Below, in pieces: positions 19,134-29,499 of a DNA stretch of 64,000 nt (within the stretch, counting starts at the first letter, position 1; every line of letters starts with the position of its first letter). Below the pieces are notes generated by a model. The model did not search any database. It saw only the letters and a list, made by a program, of their open reading frames with translations, and was not told the origin of the DNA. The DNA comes from Candidatus Paceibacter sp. (GTDB lineage: Bacteria > Patescibacteriota > Patescibacteriia > S139-126): the NCBI GenBank assembly GCA_020724865.1, contig DYGA01000002.1, forward strand, positions 12,032 through 76,031, read 5' to 3'. The translations under genes were made by a program, and so were the position numbers.

Positions 19134-21635
19134 ATGCCAATTACTATAGATGAAAAAAAGATTGTTGGTTTAACTAAAACAGAAGCGGCAGAGAAACTTT
19201 TAGTTTTTGGGCCCAACGAAATTAATGCCAAAAAAAAGTTATCAGCTTGGCTACAGTTTTGGCGCCTTTTCAAAAATCCTCTCATAATTATTTTATTAAT
19301 ATCTGCTTTTTTTTCTGCCATATTGGGTGAATATACCAGTGCTTTGGTTATTTTGGTTATGATTTTGTTTAGCGTTTGTTTGGATTTTTATCAGGAGTAT
19401 AAAACTAGTCGAGAAATAGAAAAATTGCAAGCAAAATTGATGTTAACCGCTACGGTTATTCGTGATAATGTGAAGCAAGAAATTTTTGCCAAGTTTATCG
19501 TACCGGGTGATATTATTTTTCTTTCTGCTGGTGATATCGTGCCAGCCGACGGTTGGTTAATAGATGCTGACGATTTATTTGTTGACGAGTCAGCCTTAAC
19601 AGGTGAAAGTTTGCCGATAGAAAAAATAAGATCTGAAAATAAGGATAAAATTCAAAAGAATAATCAATTATTTGCTGGTACTAATATAATATCTGGAACC
19701 GGTTATTTACAAATAACCGCTACTGGTATAAATACTCAATTTGGCAAGATTGCGCAATCATTGCAACAAACCAAGCAGATTACCGCCTTTGAAAAAGGAG
19801 TGAGATCTTTTGGCAATTTAATTGTTCGGGTAACTGTTTTTATAGTATTAACAATATTTTTGATTATTATTATTAAACCTATTATTTATAATATTCCGTT
19901 TGGCCAATTTGAATTATTGCACGCTTTTATTTTTGCTATTGCCGTTGCTGTTGGATTGACGCCTGAGTTGTTACCAATGATTCTTAGTATCAATATGGCC
20001 AAAGGTTCGATTGCCATGGCTAAAAAGGGAGTGATGGTTAAAAGATTAAATGCCATTCCTGATTTTGGCAGTATTGACGTATTATGTACCGATAAAACAG
20101 GTACTTTAACTGAAGGTAAGATCAATTTAGTTAAATATTTAAATGTCAAAGGTGAGGAGTCAGAACATATTTTATATTTGGCTTATATTAATAGTTTTTT
20201 TCAAACTGGTTTAAAAAATCCTTTAGATTCAGCAATTGTTGATTATAAAAAATTTGATTTGAAAGATTATAAAAAAATAGATGAATTACCCTATGATTTT
20301 AATCGAAAAATGTTATCAATCGTAGTAGAGCAAGCAGGAAAAAGATTTATGTATACAAAAGGTCAGCCCGAAGAGATATTAAAAATTTGCCAATATTATA
20401 ATGATAATAATCAACAGTTTACGATTGATAAATTATTTTTGCAAGAATTTTTGCAAGTTTATCATCAATTGAGTAATGATGGTTTTAAAGTGTTGGCAGT
20501 TTGCGGTCGTGAGGTTGACAATGCCCGGGATGTATACCCTATTAGCGAAGAAAAGGAGATGGTGCTTTATGGTTTAGTAGCTTTTTTTGATCCGCCTAAA
20601 AAAAGTTCCAAGAAAACCTTGCAGCAATTGATAAATTATGGGATAAACATCAAAGTTATAACTGGTGATAATGAATTAGTAACCAAAAAAATATGCAATG
20701 ATTTAGCTATTGAAATTAAAGGTATAATTACCGGCGATGAGATTGAAAAAATAAATGATCAAGCTTTACAAGTTTTGGTATTACAAAACACTATTTTTGC
20801 TAGGTGCTCACCTCAACAGAAAAATCGTATTTTACTTGCCTTGCGTAATCGTGGTCAAGTAGTTGGTTATTTAGGTGATGGTATTAATGATGCTCCGTCT
20901 TTAAAAACGGCTGATGTAGGTATTTCAGTCAACAATGCCGTCGACGTAGCTAAAGAATCTGCTGATATTGTTCTGATGCATAAAAGTTTAGATGAATTGA
21001 CCGCTGGCATTGTCGAAGGTAGAAAAACATTTGGTAATACTATGAAATATATGATGATGGGTATTAGTTCTAATTTTGGTAATATGTTTAGTATGATTTT
21101 TGCTGTGTCTTATTTGCCCTTTTTACCAATGCAGCCGTTTCAGATTTTATTGAATAATTCTTTGTATGATTTGTCGCAAGTTACAATTCCTACTGACAAT
21201 GTTGACGAAGAGTATTTAAAGAAACCGAAGCATTGGAATATAGATTTTTTAAAAAAATTTATGTTTATTTTTGGTGCGATTAGCTCAGTATTTGATATAT
21301 TAACTTTTTTATTATTATTTAATTTTTTTAAATTGACAGCACCAGCTTTCCAAACCGGTTGGTTTATAGAATCTTTAGCGACCCAGACCTTGGTAATTTA
21401 TTTTATTCGTACCCGTCGTTCAATTTTTAAATCAAAACCCAGTAAATATTTATTATTTACAACTTTGGGCGTAGTGTCTTTTGCTGTGTTGTTACCTTAT
21501 ACATTTTTAGGATCATATTTTAGCTTCATTCCTTTACCAATAAATATTTTATTAACATTGTTTATTTTAGTAGCAGTTTATTTGTTGTTAGTTGAGATAA
21601 CAAAAAGATGGTTTTACAGACGTTATGAAATTTGA
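19134..21635 (+). CDS. mgtA: Mg2+-translocating P-type ATPase
   Basis: [36 protein letters not shown]. Confidence 0.92.
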   Translation: MPITIDEKKIVGLTKTEAAEKLLVFGPNEINAKKKLSAWLQFWRLFKNPLIIILLISAFFSAILGEYTSALVILVMILFSVCLDFYQEYKTSREIEKLQAKLMLTATVIRDNVKQEIFAKFIVPGDIIFLSAGDIVPADGWLIDADDLFVDESALTGESLPIEKIRSENKDKIQKNNQLFAGTNIISGTGYLQITATGINTQFGKIAQSLQQTKQITAFEKGVRSFGNLIVRVTVFIVLTIFLIIIIKPIIYNIPFGQFELLHAFIFAIAVAVGLTPELLPMILSINMAKGSIAMAKKGVMVKRLNAIPDFGSIDVLCTDKTGTLTEGKINLVKYLNVKGEESEHILYLAYINSFFQTGLKNPLDSAIVDYKKFDLKDYKKIDELPYDFNRKMLSIVVEQAGKRFMYTKGQPEEILKICQYYNDNNQQFTIDKLFLQEFLQVYHQLSNDGFKVLAVCGREVDNARDVYPISEEKEMVLYGLVAFFDPPKKSSKKTLQQLINYGINIKVITGDNELVTKKICNDLAIEIKGIITGDEIEKINDQALQVLVLQNTIFARCSPQQKNRILLALRNRGQVVGYLGDGINDAPSLKTADVGISVNNAVDVAKESADIVLMHKSLDELTAGIVEGRKTFGNTMKYMMMGISSNFGNMFSMIFAVSYLPFLPMQPFQILLNNSLYDLSQVTIPTDNVDEEYLKKPKHWNIDFLKKFMFIFGAISSVFDILTFLLLFNFFKLTAPAFQTGWFIESLATQTLVIYFIRTRRSIFKSKPSKYLLFTTLGVVSFAVLLPYTFLGSYFSFIPLPINILLTLFILVAVYLLLVEITKRWFYRRYEI

Positions 21636-21676
21636 TTAAATATTTTATATTTATTTTTTTGTAATTATTACAGTTG

Positions 21677-22888
21677 ATGAAAATTTATAGTAAAAAAATT
21701 TTATTGTTTTTTTTCATTTTAGTGGGCTCAAGTGGCTTGCTTTTTTATATTTTACAAAAACCAACTTTTTCTGAAGAAAAAAAGGTGGAACCTGAAGCGG
21801 TTGTATTTGTGCCGCCTGACAGAATTGTTGAATATGAAATTGTGGCTAACGATACTTATGGGGTGATCATGGCTAATCAAGGCATAAGTTCTATTGATAC
21901 GGCGGCCATATATCAAGCCGCTCAAGAGCAGTACGATTTAGCAAAAATTGGTGTAGGTAAAAAAATAAAATTTTATTTTAAACCGGAAACAGACGAGTTT
22001 TATAAATTGTATTATCAAATTGATAGTGAGGAAGAGTTATGGGTAGAAAAAGGAGATAATGGTGAATGGCAAGCAGCAAGACAAGACATACCTTATGAAA
22101 TAAAAATTGTTACCAGTAGTGGGACAATTGAAAAATTTTTATATGCTGACGCTTTAGCTGCCGGAGTAGACGAGCGGGCAGTAATTGCTTGGGCAGAGAT
22201 GTTGCAGTGGAGTTTGGATTTTGCTATGGATGTACAAGTGGGTGATTCTTATAAGTTTATTTATGAACAAAGGTTTTTAAACGGTGAATATGTTATGCCC
22301 GGTAGGGTATTGGCAGGAAAATTTATTAACGCTGGTAAAGCTTATTATGGTTTTAGCTATACTGATCCCGAAGGCAATAGCGGTTACTATGATGAACAGG
22401 GTAATAATGTGCAAAAAATGTTTCTAAAAGCACCGGTAGCTTTTAAATACATTTCTAGTGGTTTTACTACTGGTGCCAGATATATTCAAGCTTTTAATAT
22501 ATCCACTGGCCATCGGGCAATTGATTATGCGGCTGCGGCTGGAACTCCAGTTCGAAGTGTGGGCGCTGGTACAGTAATTTTTGCTGGCTGGGACGGATCT
22601 TATGGCAATAAAGTAAGCATCAGGCATAATGGTACTTATACCACTAACTATGCCCATTTATCTAAAATTTTAGTAAAACGCGGACAAAAGGTTAGTCAAG
22701 GTGATACTATTGGCTTAGTTGGTTCCACCGGGTTGTCAACCGGACCGCATTTGCATTATGAAATGGTAAAAAATGGCGTAAAAATAAATCCTTTACAGGA
22801 AGTATTGCCCCCCGGAGAACCTTTAAAAACTGAGTATCAGGATGATTATTTTGCTCAGATTGCTGTTTGGCAAGAACAACTTGATTAG
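21677..22888 (+). CDS. M23 family peptidoglycan endopeptidase (Csd3/MepM-like)
   Basis: HRAID, YAHL, TGPHLHYE; N-terminal TM. Confidence 0.92.
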   Translation: MKIYSKKILLFFFILVGSSGLLFYILQKPTFSEEKKVEPEAVVFVPPDRIVEYEIVANDTYGVIMANQGISSIDTAAIYQAAQEQYDLAKIGVGKKIKFYFKPETDEFYKLYYQIDSEEELWVEKGDNGEWQAARQDIPYEIKIVTSSGTIEKFLYADALAAGVDERAVIAWAEMLQWSLDFAMDVQVGDSYKFIYEQRFLNGEYVMPGRVLAGKFINAGKAYYGFSYTDPEGNSGYYDEQGNNVQKMFLKAPVAFKYISSGFTTGARYIQAFNISTGHRAIDYAAAAGTPVRSVGAGTVIFAGWDGSYGNKVSIRHNGTYTTNYAHLSKILVKRGQKVSQGDTIGLVGSTGLSTGPHLHYEMVKNGVKINPLQEVLPPGEPLKTEYQDDYFAQIAVWQEQLD

Positions 22889-22968
22889 AAATAAATTGAC
22901 AACTTGTATTTTTATATCTAAGATATTCTAATTGTTTTGTTTTTTTAAAAATAAATATAGGAGAAAGA

Positions 22969-23163
22969 GTGATGAAAAAGAAAGTAATGTTATTTTTATC
23001 AGTTTTATTTTTATTTTTTGGTTTATCATTTTGTGTGTTGTCTTCGTTTGTTCCTTTGACAATTATCCCAATATCTGGAGATCTTGCTTCCTTGGCTGGT
23101 TTGTTATTTTTGTTTATCTCTTTATGGTTATTGTTTAGGGCTGATCGAGTTAACAGCAATTAA
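22969..23163 (+). CDS. Small 2-TM hypothetical protein
   Basis: TTGACA-17-TAAGAT promoter at 22896-22924, AGGAG SD. Confidence 0.65.
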   Translation: MMKKKVMLFLSVLFLFFGLSFCVLSSFVPLTIIPISGDLASLAGLLFLFISLWLLFRADRVNSN

Positions 23164-23164
23164 T

Positions 23165-24037
23165 TTATGCTTTGCCTTTAGGCAAAGCTTTTTTATTGGT
23201 TTTGATAAATTTTTCAAAGCTAGCTAGATTGTTGAAATATTTTATTAACGGAGAATTAATTTTTTTTTCACTTTCTTTCCAACCATTACCGCCGAAACCA
23301 AGAAAGATATTGTGTTTTTTAGCATAGGTAACTAAATCATTTAAAAATTTTTTATTATTAATTTTAGAATAAGTATTAGTGATACCAATAAAATGTGGTT
23401 GAATTTTTTTTGCGGCTTTAATAATTTCTGTGGCACTGATATTAATACCCAAAATATAATTTTTCCAACCATTGGCTTTTAGTAAGACAGCTATCATTTG
23501 CAATGGAATTTCATGATGATCGCCTTCAGCACAGGCCAGTATAGCTTTGGGTGCTTGGTTGTTAGGTTCTGGTATGATTTGTTCCAATGCGAACAATTGT
23601 AACCGTAAAATAAAACTCATTTGGTGTTCTTCAAAGATAGATATTTTGTTTTGCGCCCAATCGTTCCCAATTTTTACTAGCGTTGGCGTAAAAATATTTT
23701 CCAGTATTTTAATAACAGGATAATTTTTTAAAAATAATTGTTCAATAAATTTTTGGGCGCCAGCAGTATCAGATTTTTTCAAATAATCATAAAATTTAGG
23801 CCATAAAGAATCATTTATTTCTTTGGTTTTTAAGAGCCGAGATAAGGTGTAAGACTGATTAGCTAGTTTTGGATAGTTTTTAATAAATTTTTGTAATTCA
23901 ATTTTACTAATCCGTCGATGGCCGCCAGTTGTTTTTTGAGCTGGCAGCATACCTTTGTCTGCCCATCTTTTAATAGTGGAAACGTTAACGCCAAAGAGGC
24001 GAGCTAATTGGGGTGGTGTAAAATGCACGTTTTGCAT
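23165..24037 (-). CDS. MerR-type HTH + cobalamin-binding regulator (CarH/LitR-like)
   Basis: TIKRW...TTGGHRR HTH; W-x9-EH motif (WAQNKISIFEEH); EGDHHEIP B12-binding loop. Confidence 0.85.
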   Translation of the reverse strand: MQNVHFTPPQLARLFGVNVSTIKRWADKGMLPAQKTTGGHRRISKIELQKFIKNYPKLANQSYTLSRLLKTKEINDSLWPKFYDYLKKSDTAGAQKFIEQLFLKNYPVIKILENIFTPTLVKIGNDWAQNKISIFEEHQMSFILRLQLFALEQIIPEPNNQAPKAILACAEGDHHEIPLQMIAVLLKANGWKNYILGINISATEIIKAAKKIQPHFIGITNTYSKINNKKFLNDLVTYAKKHNIFLGFGGNGWKESEKKINSPLIKYFNNLASFEKFIKTNKKALPKGKA

Positions 24038-24103
24038 GTTTATAGTTTAACAGCTATATTAAATCTACGCAAATAGTGCGTTTTAATAATTAACCAAAAA
24101 AAT

Positions 24104-24958
24104 ATGAAAAAAATATTGTTTTCTTTAGTTATAGCCGTTTTGGTAGGAGGATTATTTACTCCTAGTGTCAAGGCTTACAGTGATACTAAAGGCAAGGTCC
24201 TTTTGCAAGTTGAGGATAAAGGTCAACTTTGGTATATCGCCAATGACGGCAAATCTAAGTTTTATTTAGGTTCGCCAGTTGATATGTTTCGCCTGATGCG
24301 TTTTCAGGGTGTGGGTATTTCCAATAGCGATTTAGCTAAAATTCCTGAAGCTGGTAAATCGCAGATGGGTGATAAAAATTTTGCCAATCTGCAAAAAGGT
24401 AAAATTTTATTACAGGTAGAGCAAAATGGTGAAGCCTGGTACGTTCATCCGCAAACCGGTGAAAGACATTATTTAGGCACACCTCAAGCAGCGTTTAATC
24501 TGTTTAAATCAATTGCAAGTGGCGCCAGTAATGCTCATTTGAGTAAAATACCTGAAGTTAAAGATATTACCTTGACCGCAATTAATGCCAAATCTTTTAA
24601 TACTTTGGTAGCAGCTCTTAGTGCCGCTGGATTGGCAGATGTTTTGCAAAATAGCGGACCATTTACAGTTTTTGCTCCCACTGATGAAGCTTTTGCTAAA
24701 TTACCAGCTGGTACGGTAGAATCTTTGCTAAATGATATTGATCAATTGACTAAAATATTAACTTACCATGTTGTTCCCGGTAAAGTATTAGCTAAGGATG
24801 TAGTTAAATTAAATTCGGCCCCAACAGTTAATGGTAAAAATATTAGTATTCAAGTTGATAATGGAAAAGTTTTGATTGATAATGCCAAAGTCACAGTAAC
24901 TGATATTATGGCTACCAATGGTGTAATTCATATTATAGATAGCGTTCTTCTACCGTAG
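24104..24958 (+). CDS. Secreted fasciclin (FAS1) domain protein with two N-terminal repeats
   Basis: GPFTVFAPTDEAF, ILTYHVV, NGVIHIIDSVLLP; two GKxLLQVExxGxxWY repeats. Confidence 0.92.
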   Translation: MKKILFSLVIAVLVGGLFTPSVKAYSDTKGKVLLQVEDKGQLWYIANDGKSKFYLGSPVDMFRLMRFQGVGISNSDLAKIPEAGKSQMGDKNFANLQKGKILLQVEQNGEAWYVHPQTGERHYLGTPQAAFNLFKSIASGASNAHLSKIPEVKDITLTAINAKSFNTLVAALSAAGLADVLQNSGPFTVFAPTDEAFAKLPAGTVESLLNDIDQLTKILTYHVVPGKVLAKDVVKLNSAPTVNGKNISIQVDNGKVLIDNAKVTVTDIMATNGVIHIIDSVLLP

Positions 24959-25055
24959 GATTTAGTTCTTTTAGAAAAAAAGTCCTAAAATTTAGGACTT
25001 TTTTTTATAATTAATATATATGTTATACTAGAAATATAAAGATTAATATTTATCT

Positions 25056-25298
25056 ATGATTGATTATCAATTAGCTTTGAACATAATAAAAATTGCCGGT
25101 ATTACCAATATTTTGTTTTTACTACTGACTTTTTTTTCTTGTCGTTGTTTAATGGGTCCCAAATTATCACAAAAGTTAGTACAGTATGAATGGTTTAAAA
25201 AGTTTTATCGCTGGCATTGTTATTTTTGGTGGGGATTTTATATTTCCGTAATTATCCACACTATATTTGCTTGGTATTTGTTTGGCTTTGGTTTTTAG
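25056..25298 (+). CDS. Small membrane protein with conserved-looking Cys/His
   Basis: SCRC, WHCYFWW, IIH; two TM segments. Confidence 0.7.
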   Translation: MIDYQLALNIIKIAGITNILFLLLTFFSCRCLMGPKLSQKLVQYEWFKKFYRWHCYFWWGFYISVIIHTIFAWYLFGFGF

Positions 25299-25458
25299 AC
25301 TACGGAATAAAATTTAGTCACTGATATTTAAATGATTAAAATACCTGGAAAAAATAATTAGATAATAAAAATATTTTAAGCAATTTGTCAGGTATTTACG
25401 CGAGAGCGGATTAAATTTTTACCCTACACAAAATTTGTTTCAGTCAAAAATATAATAT

Positions 25459-25994
25459 ATGTATCGGATAATTTTTTATATTTTTTTATTTTTTGTTTTT
25501 ACAGGTTGTGCCACCCAGTCAACATTTACTAATCAGAATATTAATAATAATTATATGCAATTAACTAGTAAAGATTTTTCCGATCATACATATTTATCTT
25601 CTGAATTTACTTGTGATGGCGAAAACAAAAGACCCCAATTAGCTTGGTCACAAGTGCCTACAGCAACCAAGTCGCTGGCTTTGGCCATGTTTGATCCTGA
25701 CGCTCCAGGAGATGGGTTTTTACATTGGTTGGTAGTAAATTTACCGCCGCAGGATTTATCATTGGCTAGCTCTGACAATTTACCTTCACCGGCAATGCAG
25801 ATAAAAAATGATGCAGGAAAATTTGAATATTTTGGACCTTGTCCGCCTCAGGGAGTACATCGTTATCAGTTTACTTTGTATGCTTTAGATGTTCCATCTA
25901 TAAATCCAACAGATTATCAAGATTTTTGCAGCAGATTAATGGACATATAGTTGAACAGGTAAGGCTGACTGGTTTGTATGAGAGAAAGAGATGA
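25459..25994 (+). pseudogene. YbhB/YbcL (PEBP family) lipoprotein, frameshifted near the C-terminus
   Basis: DPDAP, HWLV, GPCPP, HRYQF; ORF stops at 25950 but one extra T in the T5 run at 25923-25927 restores GHIVEQVRLTGLYERKR* ending 25994. Confidence 0.75.
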
Positions 25995-26331
25995 TTATCA
26001 ATTACTAATTACTAATGATTAATGAATTTTTAATTAGTTAATTAATAAATTAAAACATTGATTAGTAATTAATAATTTGAATATTTTGGACCTTGTCCGC
26101 CTCAGGGAGTACATCGTTATCAGTTTACTTTGTATGCTTTAGATGTTCCATCTATAAATCCAACAGATTATCAAGATTTTTGCAGCAGATTAATGGACAT
26201 ATAGTTGAACAGGTAAGGCTGACTGGTTTGTATGAGAGAAAGAGATGATTATCAATTACTAATTACTAATGATTAATGAATTTTTAATTAGTTAATTAAT
26301 AAATTAAAACATTGATTAGTAATTAATAATT
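25820..26331. repeat. 254-bp tandem direct duplication
   Basis: 25820-26077 matches 26074-26331; shared AATT at the junction. Confidence 0.92.
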
Positions 26332-26345
26332 AGTTATTAGTAATT
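26254..26345. repeat. AT-rich heptamer inverted-repeat element (MITE-like)
   Basis: AATTACT AATTACT AATGATT AATGAAT ... AGTTATT AGTAATT; homologous to 30271-30382. Confidence 0.7.
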
Positions 26346-26416
26346 TATTAAAACCTTGTTTTATTTTGTTTAAAGTGTTATTATAATTTTGTTTAATTTT
26401 TATATTTAAGATATTT

Positions 26417-26563
26417 ATGTCAAAAAAGAAAAAGTCACGATCTAAAAATCCTTCTACCGGAGTGAAATTACCAAAATTTAAAATGAGCCGCCAAAGTAAA
26501 GAATCGATGCATAGTGGTAAGTTGGCTAAAAAAACTTATGGCCGTTTTCGCAATAAAAAATAG
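26417..26563 (+). CDS. 48-aa highly basic small protein (not in ORF track)
   Basis: MSKKKKSRSKNPSTGVKLPKFKMSRQSKESMHSGKLAKKTYGRFRNKK*; -10-like box upstream, terminator at 26585-26610. Confidence 0.7.
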   Translation: MSKKKKSRSKNPSTGVKLPKFKMSRQSKESMHSGKLAKKTYGRFRNKK

Positions 26564-26693
26564 AAAGTAAGTTTTTTATAATATAAAACCTGCTTGACGC
26601 AGGTTTTTTTGACAAAAAATTTATTTTTATATAAAATATAAAATTGTTTTATTGAACTTTTACAATTAAATAACATAAAAAAGGAGTAAAAAA

Positions 26694-27227
26694 ATGGAAA
26701 AAATTATTAGCGCAGTTATTTGCGGCCAGGCACAATTATTGTTGTATACTAAATTATTAGCCGATGGCAAGAAGAAATATTTTGTAGTGAATGCTAACAA
26801 CTCAGAAACGCCAGGTGGTCATGAAATTTCTTATATAAACTATAAAAAATCAATTGAAAAACATGATCATGTTGTTTTTTTAGTTGATAATGATACAAAA
26901 TATCGCGCTTTAATGATTGAGGGTTTAGATATCCCTTGGGAACCTCTGTTTGATTTATTTTTATTTGAAATGAAAATTGAAAAAATTTTTCAGACACTGG
27001 TTGGTTTAAATGAAAAAATTGATCATTACGAACTATTGGAAGTTGAAAAAGCTTTTTATAGTGATCCTGGGTTGTATGTAAATATAAGAAATAAATTAGA
27101 ATATTGGGCTGAAGATCATTCTCTGCCAATCAATGTTATTGCTAGCGTGGAAAAAATTTGCCAGCAACACGGCTATATTAAATTGGAACAATTATTAAAG
27201 TATTTAACTAATAAAGCTTTAGTTTAA
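26694..27227 (+). CDS. Orphan hypothetical protein
   Basis: TTGACA-17-TAAAAT at 26609-26637, AAGGAG SD, terminator at 27233-27263. Confidence 0.75.
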   Translation: MEKIISAVICGQAQLLLYTKLLADGKKKYFVVNANNSETPGGHEISYINYKKSIEKHDHVVFLVDNDTKYRALMIEGLDIPWEPLFDLFLFEMKIEKIFQTLVGLNEKIDHYELLEVEKAFYSDPGLYVNIRNKLEYWAEDHSLPINVIASVEKICQQHGYIKLEQLLKYLTNKALV

Positions 27228-27297
27228 AAAATAAAACTGAAAACCATTGGTTTTCAGTTTTTTATTTGAATTTTGGTGATATGCTAAAATTGAATTT

Positions 27298-27678
27298 ATG
27301 AAAGATTATATTATCAGCGGGCAGGTAATCCATGGTTTTGACAAAGGTAAAAGCATGGGTTTTCCTACTTATAATTTACATTTAAATGCTGATTATCCTC
27401 TGGAAGATTGGCAGGGAGTTTGGTGTAGTTTGACTTATTATCGGGGACAAAAATTGTTTGGAGTTACGCACATAGGTCCAGTGCGGATATTTCAGGAAGA
27501 AAAAATAAGAGTGGAAACCCACTTGTTAGATTGGCAGGGAGATTTGTATGGTGAACAGCTGCAGGTTGAATTATTAGTAAAACTGCGAGATACGATAGAT
27601 TTTACCAACGAAACTGAGCTAATTAGACAAGTAATGGAGGATATCAGACAAGCTCGAGCTTATTTTAAGATTGAATAG
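27298..27678 (+). CDS. Stand-alone riboflavin kinase domain
   Basis: GQVIHG...GFPTYNL, VETHLLD...DLYGE, KLRD...F. Confidence 0.88.
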   Translation: MKDYIISGQVIHGFDKGKSMGFPTYNLHLNADYPLEDWQGVWCSLTYYRGQKLFGVTHIGPVRIFQEEKIRVETHLLDWQGDLYGEQLQVELLVKLRDTIDFTNETELIRQVMEDIRQARAYFKIE

Positions 27679-27900
27679 TTTTATCTAAAAAAATTAGTAA
27701 AAGAAAAAACCGATTGCCTCGCAATCGGTTGAGATTTTTTTGGTTTGTATAATGTGCTTATGTTTTTATAATATTGGAATTTTTAAATTGGGTCAAGAGA
27801 AAACTGTGGATAACTATCAAATTAAAAGCCGAAACTTTTGGTCTCGGCTTTAGAATTTTTACTCTTTTTTAAAATTTATTTCACTAAATAAGCTCTCTCC

Positions 27901-28299
27901 TTATTCGCATATAAAAATTTCTTCATAATCAATTGCCACCAAATCTCCTGGTAAGGTTTGAAATAACCAAATTTCTCTATTTGTTTTGTCAGCAAATTTA
28001 TCAAGGTGGGCGGGAATTTTATTTTTAGCAACCAGGGTTAAGTTATAGAGTATAAACGGATCGCCAAAGCCTAGCGTATAGTTTTTACCAGTAGGTAAGT
28101 CTTTGTGGGGCCTAGTTTGATTGCAAGCGCAGGGTAGAAAGTTGTTTTTTGCGGAAAATTGTTCCAGAGGTATTTCACTTACCAAAGTAATAGTAAAAGG
28201 TGATTCAGCAATATAACCATCACTGGTATAACAAAATGTTTTTTTTCGTAAAGTGTGGTTGATCGGCAAAATTTTTACGGCAGACATTTCTTCTCTCAT
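27901..28299 (-). CDS. Orphan hypothetical protein
   Basis: ATG at 28299 after AGGAG; minus-strand promoter TTGACT-17-TACAAT at 28380-28352; hairpin at 27824-27851. Confidence 0.7.
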   Translation of the reverse strand: MREEMSAVKILPINHTLRKKTFCYTSDGYIAESPFTITLVSEIPLEQFSAKNNFLPCACNQTRPHKDLPTGKNYTLGFGDPFILYNLTLVAKNKIPAHLDKFADKTNREIWLFQTLPGDLVAIDYEEIFICE

Positions 28300-28390
28300 G
28301 TCTTTTCTCCTATTTAGTGAAGTAATAAGTTGTTTAAGGGACAATTAGAAAATTGTATTTATTTTTTTATAAAAAGTCAAGAAAAATATG

Positions 28391-28601
28391 GTAGGAGATA
28401 GGATTTAAGATTCAGGATTCAGGAGATAGGATATAGAATAATTAAAATTTATAAATTAAATACTAATTGACAAATACTAAATTCAAAGCACTAAATCCTA
28501 AATAATTTTTAAATTCAAATTATTTAAATTCAAAACAATATAGAAGTCATAAGTTTTGAATATTAGAATTTATTATTTATTTAATTAGTTATTAGTAATT
28601 T
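28391..28601. repeat. Degenerate 7-nt-period repeat tracts
   Basis: AGGAGAT AGGATTT AAGATTC AGGATTC AGGAGAT AGGATAT; AAATACT AAATTCA AAGCACT AAATCCT; right arm AGTTATT AGTAATT. Confidence 0.65.
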
Positions 28602-28670
28602 TATATAATTTTTACCCTTGAATTTTTATGGTAGCAAAGTTAAACTAAACCCACTTATATTTTTTAAAAA

Positions 28671-29360
28671 ATGACAGAGAAACAATTAAATCATTTAGCA
28701 ATTATTTTGGATGGTAATAGGCGTTGGGCTAAAGCTCGTGGATTACCCAGTTTATTTGGTCATAAAGAAGGAGTTGAGGCAGTCAAACGGACAATAGATG
28801 CTTGTATAAAGTATAAAATTAAATATTTGACGGTGTATGCTTTTTCTACGGAAAATTGGCAACGTTCAGAGGAAGAAGTTGGTTATCTGATGGGACTGGC
28901 TTTAGAGAATATTGGCGGGGGTATAGATTATTTCAACGAACGGGGAGTGAAGTTAAAAATTTTTGGTCGACTTGATAATTTAGAACCAAAATTAGCCAAG
29001 GCCTTCGAAAAAGCAGTTGCTGCTACTGCGACCAATGAGGTATTAAATTTTAATGTTTGTTTCAATTATGGCGGCCGGTCCGAAATTACTCAAGCTATTA
29101 GACAAATAATAAAAACTGGTATTAAAGCAGATGAAGTAACTGAAGAGCTAGTTTCTAATTATTTATATAGTGCTGGCCAACCTGAGCCTGATATGATTGT
29201 TAGAACCAGTGGGGAAGTGAGATTATCCAATTTTTTACCTTGGCAGTCAGTGTATAGTGAATTTTATTTTCCCTCCTATCACTGGCCGGATTTTGATGAG
29301 TCTAAGGTAAAAGAGGTTATTGAAGAATTTAGTCAAAGGCAACGACGGTTTGGAAAATAA
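28671..29360 (+). CDS. uppS: Undecaprenyl diphosphate synthase
   Basis: ILDGNRRWA, FSTENW, NYGGR, RTSGEVRLSNF. Confidence 0.96.
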   Translation: MTEKQLNHLAIILDGNRRWAKARGLPSLFGHKEGVEAVKRTIDACIKYKIKYLTVYAFSTENWQRSEEEVGYLMGLALENIGGGIDYFNERGVKLKIFGRLDNLEPKLAKAFEKAVAATATNEVLNFNVCFNYGGRSEITQAIRQIIKTGIKADEVTEELVSNYLYSAGQPEPDMIVRTSGEVRLSNFLPWQSVYSEFYFPSYHWPDFDESKVKEVIEEFSQRQRRFGK

Positions 29361-29499
29361 ATTTTTTAGTTAATAGTGTTAAGTCTATTTCTATTAATAT
29401 AAAAATCTTACTAAAGTTACACTTTTTGGTTTTTTCCCAAATATTCACTATAAATTCATAAGTGGTATAATGGAAGTGCTGATTATTAAGTATTAATTT

